From contig CASIBX010000040.1 in the NCBI GenBank assembly GCA_949373075.1, positions 6,686-70,685 of the forward strand: DNA of 64,000 nt, given 5' to 3'. Within the stretch, counting starts at the first letter, position 1. Each line of letters starts with the position of its first letter. Under the pieces are notes generated by a model that searched no databases, had not been told where the DNA came from, and saw only the letters and a program-made list of their open reading frames with translations. Made by a program: the position numbers and the translations under genes. Of this stretch, positions 53,701 to 62,000 are shown piece by piece. The stretch is from Candidatus Poseidoniaceae archaeon (GTDB lineage: Archaea; Thermoplasmatota; Poseidoniia; Poseidoniales; Poseidoniaceae).

Positions 53701-54066
53701 ACAATGTATCAGCGTGGTAAGATCCAAGATGAAAGCATGTACTATGAGCACCTCAAGCACGATGGAACACTTCCAATCATCGGCGTTAACACATTCTTGA
53801 ATCCAAATGCACAAGATTTCGATGAGAATGCTGCAGACGAATTCGATATGGAATTGGCTAGAGCAATGCCTGATGAAAAGCAAGCATGTCTTGAGAGAAC
53901 TCTGGCTATTCCACGCGATGAAGAGGCGCTCAGTAGATTGCAGCAAGTCGCCAGAGAAGGCGGCAACGTATTCGAGGAATTGATGGAAACAACCAAGGTT
54001 GCTTCACTTGGTCAAATCACAGATGCACTGTTCGCAGTTGGTGGACAGTACAGACGTAACATGTGA
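50743..54066 (+). CDS. icmF: fused isobutyryl-CoA mutase (IcmF): B12-binding domain + MeaB-like GTPase + acyl-CoA mutase barrel
   Basis: N-terminal [23 protein letters not shown] (DxHxxG B12 motif). G-domain [13 protein letters not shown] ... ETSGIGQ ... LNKYE. C-terminal mutase catalytic domain. The roughly 1100-aa length fits IcmF. Alternative start MSEEAPVF at 50773. Confidence 0.85.
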   Translation: [1107 protein letters not shown]

Positions 54067-54121
54067 TTTTGGCAACCGATTCCTGCTGAATTGTTATTTA
54101 TCATGATAGGGTCGAGCAATC

Positions 54122-54736
54122 ATGGATGCAACAACCGCTCTGGTCGAGTTGTTGCTCTTACTTGCTGTGGGATTGTTGACTCCAGGGCCAAATGCACTCA
54201 CTTCATTCGCTCACAGCGGCCTTTTTGGTAAGAAAGCAAACATTCCATTAATCACTGGAATGGCGATTGGTTTTGTATCGATTGAACTCATTATCGGCTT
54301 CCTTGTCAACTCTTTGGATGGAAATGAAACCGCACTCACAGCTCTTCATTGGGTGGGCATGGTATTCCTTGGTGCAATGGTAGTCGCTATGTTCAGAATA
54401 GACCCCTCAAAAATCGAGGCTGAAACAAGTGAAGGAAAACTGGGAATCAAGACCGGAATTGCGATGCAGTATGTCAATGGTAAAGAATGGGCATTCATCA
54501 TTATCATGATGAGTCAGTACATGGAACCTCTAGGTGATGGCTTTGTTGGAATTAGTGTGATAATCTTGGTTACGCTCGTAACTTGTGTATCTGCAATGAT
54601 CGCTTGGACTTTTTTTGGAGACCGCCTATCCGGACTATTCAGCGATGAGAAGTATGGCCCAAGAATCTTCAAGGTTTGCGGGATCTTGCTTTCGCTATTG
54701 TGGGTGGCTTTCCTGATTAGGGGCCCAACAGCTTGA
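54122..54736 (+). CDS. LysE/RhtB-family exporter
   Basis: 204 aa, multiple TMs, N-terminal LLTPGPNAL motif. Confidence 0.75.
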   Translation: MDATTALVELLLLLAVGLLTPGPNALTSFAHSGLFGKKANIPLITGMAIGFVSIELIIGFLVNSLDGNETALTALHWVGMVFLGAMVVAMFRIDPSKIEAETSEGKLGIKTGIAMQYVNGKEWAFIIIMMSQYMEPLGDGFVGISVIILVTLVTCVSAMIAWTFFGDRLSGLFSDEKYGPRIFKVCGILLSLLWVAFLIRGPTA

Positions 54737-54753
54737 CTCGCCAATTGTCTTGA

Positions 54754-56046
54754 TCAACCTTCTCTATCAAAGGTGTTCAATTCACTTTCAAGTGCTTGAG
54801 TTTCAAACTCTAGGTCGTACACCTTCCCGCCTGTTTGTTCAGCCTTTAGCCTCTTTTCCTCTAGTAGTTTCAAGCGTAGACGTGCTGCCTCTCGTTCATC
54901 TTGGAATCGCTGTTCTTCGATAACCATCTGTTCGCGGGCAATTTGTTGACGTTCAGCCTTACCACTGAGGTCGGTTTGAGATGCCTCACCATCAATTTCA
55001 TTTTCAGTAGGAAACGAAATTGATATTCCTTCGCTGTTGAAATTCTCATCGATAGATTTCAGAATCCAATCTTTCGCAATGAATTCCTCATTGTAACTTT
55101 CAATCGATGCAAATAGTCTGAAATTCTTAGTAAAATCATCCAATTCATTGACCAGAACTCTAGGTTCGGGACTCTTCAAGCAATGAGGTGATTCTCTGGC
55201 TAATTTGAGGAGTGTATATTTGACGTGATCAATATCCTCATCATAACTCACTCCAATGTCGATAACGAGCGATTTTCTACTCGCAATTCCTTCTCCTCCG
55301 CCTCTTGCATGATTGACTATATCTGAAGAGATGATCGTGTTATTTGGAATGATAACCAATCTTTCATCATGGTCCAATATTTTGGTCGAAAGAACCCCAA
55401 TCGATACTACTGTGCCAATTGTTTCACCTAACTCGATTCTGTCCCCTACTTCGAAGGGACGGTCTACTGCCAATAAGAATGAATTAGCAATGTTGCTAAT
55501 GGTTTGCTGCATTGCAATTCCAAGTATAAGTGCAATCAATGTTAATGATGCAAATATACCGAACAAATCGATATCAAGTTCAATCAGAGCAAAATAAGTC
55601 CCGATGAAATATAGCGCTGCACGAGTACAAATTACCAGGATTGGGTTTCCTCCCGAAACGGTAACAGCGTCCTTTTTCTGAAATTGTTCAAGGATTACTG
55701 GCATCAGATATTTTGCTGAAACACTTGAAATCGAGGTTGCAATCATTATGTAAGTCGCACCAAAGTATGGTTGTAGAGTGTTATAGTCGATATCAGATTC
55801 GATTAGCCAAATACAGGATAATTGACCACCTGCTGCTAGGATAAACAAATTTAATCTGACTGCAAGAGGTCCGAGTAATTTATCATCCCATCCTGCAGAA
55901 CTGCCTTTTACAATCTCCTTCCATGGCCTGATTAGGACATACTTAGTGCCGACTAATGCAAGCGCAGTCCCTAGTATACACAAAATTATCTTAACACTGA
56001 ATGGCAAGCCATCCAAGTAGTCAAGCAAATCTGAAATCAATTCCAT
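54754..56046 (-). CDS. MscS-family mechanosensitive channel with a C-terminal coiled-coil extension
   Basis: Pore helix and beta-domain motif DRPFEVGDRIELGETIGTVVSIGVLSTKILDHDERLVIIPNNTI. ATG at 56046; the track GTG at 56055 overlaps the upstream stop. Confidence 0.85.
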   Translation of the reverse strand: MELISDLLDYLDGLPFSVKIILCILGTALALVGTKYVLIRPWKEIVKGSSAGWDDKLLGPLAVRLNLFILAAGGQLSCIWLIESDIDYNTLQPYFGATYIMIATSISSVSAKYLMPVILEQFQKKDAVTVSGGNPILVICTRAALYFIGTYFALIELDIDLFGIFASLTLIALILGIAMQQTISNIANSFLLAVDRPFEVGDRIELGETIGTVVSIGVLSTKILDHDERLVIIPNNTIISSDIVNHARGGGEGIASRKSLVIDIGVSYDEDIDHVKYTLLKLARESPHCLKSPEPRVLVNELDDFTKNFRLFASIESYNEEFIAKDWILKSIDENFNSEGISISFPTENEIDGEASQTDLSGKAERQQIAREQMVIEEQRFQDEREAARLRLKLLEEKRLKAEQTGGKVYDLEFETQALESELNTFDREG

Positions 56047-56051
56047 AAGTT

Positions 56052-59000
56052 TCACTTTTGGTCAGCGAATTTCTTTGCTTGCTTTGCCCACTTGTCTCTC
56101 TTGATTCTTCCAGAGAAGAATTCGATAGCAATATTGACCTGTTCTTCAATTTCTGAAGTCATGTTTCCAACCTGCTCGAAAGTGTAGATTCCAAGAGCAT
56201 TCAACTTATCCTCGATGAAAGGTCCAACTCCCTTGATACGTTGCAGATCATCCTTATCATCGGATGTTGCAACACCAAGTGTCGCGAAATCGATGGTCTT
56301 AGCCTTCTCAGAAATACGTAAGAGTTCTTCCTCTTTCTTACGAGTAGCCTCATCCATTTGATCGAGTTTCTTACGGCGCTCTTCCATTTCTTTCTCCATC
56401 TGTTCAAGCCTTTCTTGAGCGGCCTTTTCAGCAGCAACCCGGGCAGCATCTTCTGAATCTTCACGAGCTTTCTTTTCAGATGCGGCCTTCTCTTCAGCAA
56501 CCTTTGCCTTTGCTTCAGCAGCAGCGGCTTTTTCTTCGGCTTCCTTGAGTTTCTTTTCAGTTGCTTCTTTCTCAGCCTTTGCCATTGCATCAGCAGCTTC
56601 AATCTCGGCTTCCTTGAGTTTCTTTTCAGTTGCTTCTTTCTCAGCCTTTGCCATTGCATCAGCAGCTTCAATCTCGGCTTTCGCTTTTGCTTCAGCAGCC
56701 TTCTTGTCAGCCTTATCCTTTGCTTCGGCTTCCTTCTTGTCAGCCTTATCCTTTGCTTCGGCTTCCTTGATGGCCTTTCTTTCAGCGTCTTCTTGGGCCT
56801 TCAATTCCTTGGCTCTTCTATCGGCTTCTGCTAGTTCATCGGCCTCAGGGTCTCCAACTTTTACTTCCCAAAGGATGTAAACAGATGCACTACCGATTCT
56901 GATTTGACCGTTGTATACTCCACTAACATCCTCTTCAGTTACATTGTCATCAAATTTCAATGTGAAGACAATTGCGCCACTGCCCTTATCTTCAGAGTTA
57001 CCTTCTACTAGAATAGAATCCATATTGAATCGACCACGGTTTGTGTGCGATGCCATATCTGTGATTGTTATCAGAGATTCAGGGTCTAAGTTTGTGATAG
57101 TGATAGTTTCCTTACTTTCACAACTGTCTCCGAAGTTTTCAACGTGACCAGGTTTAAGGATGAACGGATCGTTCTTTGTTCCCATTCCTCTTACAAAGCC
57201 AGGTCTCGATGTTGTGTATTCTGGTTCTGGACCATTCTTCATTCCAACGAGTACCATTAGAGACTCTCCCTTTTCTCTGGACCAATATATCAGTGGTATC
57301 AGAAGCAGCAGTAGTAGTAATGGGAAGCAGACACAAATCCACCACATTGTGGAGGAACTGCTGTCATCATCGTCATCCTTAGATTCAGTCTTGACAGTTA
57401 CACAGGTGGTTTCATCCTCAATGTTTTCCGGAATACTTTCTGAATCGAGACTGTCAGAACCACATCTCTCTTCATCAGCGTCAGACCATGTGTCTCCATC
57501 GTCATCTTCGTCAGCATTGTCACCAACTCCGTCTCCATCAGTATCTGTATCTTCATTAGGATCCATTGGGAATGCATCTTCAGCATCAGAAACTCCATCG
57601 CCATCGGTGTCATCTTCCAATGCATCACAAGTACCGTCTCCATCTGAATCAACAGGGAAGTCGGAATCATCGAGTGGGTCTGTACCACATTCAGATTCAT
57701 CGTAGTCAGACCAGTTGTCGTTATCGTCATCATAGTCTTCTACAAGTCCAGTTTCAGATACTCCAACAATTGAGTCAGGGGCACCGTCACCGTCTGTATC
57801 CTTAGCTGCTGAGCGGTCATCAGGGAAGTCGTCGACATTGTTGCCAACAGCGTCACCATCTCTGTCATCATCTTGTGAATCGCATATCATGTCGCCATCT
57901 GAATCAGTAGGCATACTAGATGCATTATCAGGATCAGAACCACAGGACTCTTCTGGACCATCTGCCCATCCATCAAGGTCTCTATCAGATTGCAGAGCAT
58001 CACAGATTCCATCGTTGTCATCATCGATTGGTACAGAGAATTGGTCTTCTGAATCAGAGTTACACATGATTTCGTCTGTGTCAATGAATGTATCATTGTC
58101 ATCATCGCTGTCGATGTAGTTACACAATCCATCTCCATCGGTATCGATTGGAGTGCTGGCTGCATCTTGTGGGTCTTCTGCACAGAGGTTCTCCATTTCG
58201 TTAGACCATCCGTCGCCATCCATGTCGTCATCATAGACGTCAGGGATTCCATCACCATCAGAATCTAGTAATACGCCCAGAGTAATCTGGAATGTGCCAC
58301 TCTGTCCGGAGTTTGTGTTGTTAGCCCAGATAGTGTAGATGGTAGAAGCACTGAGTTCAGTAGGCGTTCCCGAAATTGCACCCGTGTCGGTTGTTGAGCG
58401 ACCAGGCATTGTTCCGTTGAAATCTAGTCCAAGAGGCAATGCAGGATAAATCTCCCAAGTGTCAATGTCTCCACCTGCTGTAATTGGAATTAGTGAGTTC
58501 ATTGCTGAATCATTAGCTAATTCTACGCTATTACTCATGTAGATGACAATGATTGCTCTATCGTCACTTGTATCAAGCAGGTCACAGATCTTATCTTGGT
58601 CAATGTCACTTGGATAGGATGATTCATCCATTTCATCGGTTTGACAATTTGTCTCGTCAACATTGGACCAGCCATCTCCATCAATATCGTCATCATTGAC
58701 GTCAGGTATTGCGTCCAGGTCTGTATCTAGGAGAACAGATATGGTCACAGTTGAGATTCCATAGTCCTCAACTCCTGTTGCATTGATTGTGTACACCGTA
58801 CTCTCGGTCAGAGTGTTTGGAGTTCCCCAAATTGTACCGTTACTGTTTCCAAAGAAGATTCCATTTGGCAATGTTGGCTCAATGCTCCAAGAGACAACAG
58901 CAGCTCCAGATGTAGATGGATACAAAGCCATCATTGGCGAGTACTGTGCTAGTTCAGCAGTATTGTATGGGTATGTAATGAATACTCCAGTTCCATTTAC

Positions 59001-62000
59001 AGTAATCTCCAAAACAACAGTTCCTGAACCACCGGTATTGTTGGCCCATATGGTGTAGTTAGTTGCTAGTGAATCCACGAATGGAATTCCAATAATCGCA
59101 CCATCTCCTCTCAAACTCAATCCAGTTGGTAGGGCTGGAGATACCTCCCATGAGGAAGGAACTCCACCAGTACTCGTAGGTACTACTGGAGTGATTGGTA
59201 CGTCCTTGAAGAATTCATATTCTGAATCAGCGTAGGAAATAACAGGTGCAGGTTCGTCAATGGTAATTGTAAACGGAACACCTGCGCTACATACATTCCA
59301 ACTATTACATGACTTCACCTTGAAGATAGCAGTACTTTGGTTCGCAGTAGGTGTGCCAAAGATATGACCTGTACTGTTAACCTGTAATCCAGCCGGTAGA
59401 GGCGGATATGTGGTAAAGTGGTGCAGGTTTGCTGGGTTAGTAATTCCAGTTGGGGCAATAGGTGTGATTGCAGTCCCTCTGGTGTAACTCTGTGTAGTAT
59501 CAGCAGGATTGTATGACACTACAGGTAATGCAGGACTTATTCCGAATGTTACCTCAAATGATTGAGTTCTATTCCATGAGTATTGTGATGCACCATAATG
59601 TACAGTAATCGTATATGTTTCATTTGCAGTGTCTGTACAACTAATAGTTGGAGTTCCAGCTATTTGTCCAGAAGCTGCATTGAAAGTTAGTCCACAAGGA
59701 AGGGCTGCATTGTTAATATTCCCTGCACTATCATTTAACTGATAAGTTGCAACATTAGCGTTATGATACCCTATGGCATCAAAAGAAGAAGTTGCACCTT
59801 CTGATGGACTGTTATAGTTTATTTCGTGGTCGTAATCTCCCCAGAATCTGTAGAGTTTATGTTGTGAAGGAGGCATACCTGATTGACCTGTTGACCAAGT
59901 ATCAACGCCATTACAATTCGTATTATCGCTGCCACATTCACTCAGCAATGATGCGGTTCTGAACATGAATTTAGTACCATGATAACCTGTGAAGTAAATT
60001 GAACCCGAATTATCGAGTCCAAAGTCGCTAGTCGTGTGGGTACTAGACCATTGTTGAGAAACAACATCATATGCTACGTTTAGGTCTTGGTCAAATCCAG
60101 TAGTTCTCAGGTCGTGTCCATCGGACATGTCGATTAAAACATGTGCAATATCATCAGAATCAACTGCCGAATAAATCGAATCACTTCTGTAGGTATCCCA
60201 AGTGGAATAATACCCAATTCGTCTTTCAAGTGAAATAACATCACTGGTAGTATGGTTCATCGTTGCTACGTTTGAGCAAAAAATGTTAGCGCCAGTTGGC
60301 AACGAACTGGTCGAGCTTCCAGCGAATTCAATTTTCGTGCAATAGTTAGTGTCACTGACATATGCGAAGAATAGAGTATCATCGCTGAACTTGTCCATTG
60401 TAAAGTATTGATTTGCACTGGCACTATTCACGTTGTTCTTAGTTGTCGCGTTTTCTGCCCAAACCCAATTTCCGGAGGAGTCTGTATGTGCAATCCAAGA
60501 TGAACCACGGTTGGAACCAGCAACCAATCCGGAGGCTGAAGAAGACCCAAAGTCATAATCCCAAGCGTATGTGCTTGGAACATGTCCAGCAGTAGTTACA
60601 GAACCATCATGATGTAAAATAACTTGGTGTTGATCAGTCGCTCTGCAATTTGTTGGGTCAGATTTACCTACAGCAGTCCACTGGACTTGTCCATTTGTGT
60701 TGACTTTCGCAACCCAAGGTTGGAGGGTAGATAGACAAGTTCCAAATGGTCCAATTTGCATTCCACCGAACTTCAAATCATCATTGGCAGTCTTTCCTTT
60801 AGCGATTATTGCAACATCGCCTGTTGACTTATCTAAGTCCATTTCTGAAGATTCCTCTGAGGTCCCAGTAGATACGTATGCTAAATCGGTCGATGAGGTT
60901 CCTGTAGATTCAGTATTGATTGCCCACTGTAGGTTTCCGTAGTAATCCCACTTTGCAAGAATAACAGTTGTTTTCCCGTTATTGTCAATCGTCACTCCAT
61001 CGAAATTGAATTCAACAGGGTCACTACTTGTAGCAGTTGCTTGGAATAATGCGTAAATGTTACCATTGTCGTCAACATCAACATCTTCAATGAAGAATGA
61101 GTTTCCTCTGATGCTCTTAGCCCAGACGTAATCTCCAGTAGGTTCTTTCATACTCAAAACAATATCATTAGAGTCATGATTTCCGCCTGCAGCAATACCA
61201 TCTATCGTGATGCTATTTGTGTTAGTATACCTCTCTAAAGTGACGATCTCACCATTACTAGCGAAGGCTGTTTTAGCAGAGGTCTGATCATTATATGAAG
61301 TGCTGAACAGGTTCTCGTAACCGGTGTACAATGGATTTTCCATAGTAGATTTGATTGTGATATTATCACTCCAAGCCTCAACACCAGAAGTGGTCGAAAT
61401 AGTGTAATTAGAGCCAGTGAAATCTGTGCTTGTTACGCGACCACTAATTTCTCCAGTTGTCGCATTAAGGGTCAAACCGGCTGGTAGTGAAGGGCTTATT
61501 GCAACACCAGTTGGCATCATTGCCGGATATTCAGGTATGTATGAAATATCCATTTCCATCTCGAAAATCAATCCTTCAGTGCCGTAGTCAAGTGTTGCTA
61601 CCTCTAACATATCACAAGTTCCATCGCTATCATGATCGCCAGGATAAACTGCACTGTTTAACGAGGTGTCAGTAGGTGAACCGTAATATGCAACCATATT
61701 CCATTGCGCCCCAGTTTGTTGATATGGAGTCCAAATAATCCAAGGGTCATCGCCTGCTCCAATCACAAGTTCGAGGTTTTTGTGGCCGTATTGGCCGTAG
61801 TAATAATTTGCAGATGAATGCTGAATCACTAGTGTTGTTGTTTGAGTATTCGATGTTGAAGAGAGTTTAGTATGATATAATGTTCTGTTAGCATTATCTA
61901 CCCATGCCAAATGTACATTATCATTTGAGTCTAATTCTAAACTGACTCCAGAATTACCACTTGGTGTTTGGTCTGTAAATCTTGTAATCCAATTAGAACC

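Noticed and set aside
56201-56880. Alternative-frame ORFs over the coiled-coil region (156 aa on minus at 56201..56671, 111 aa on plus at 56545..56880)
   Set aside because: These are low-complexity artefacts of the GC[AT]/GAA/AAG-rich repeat. The giant-protein frame is continuous through the region.
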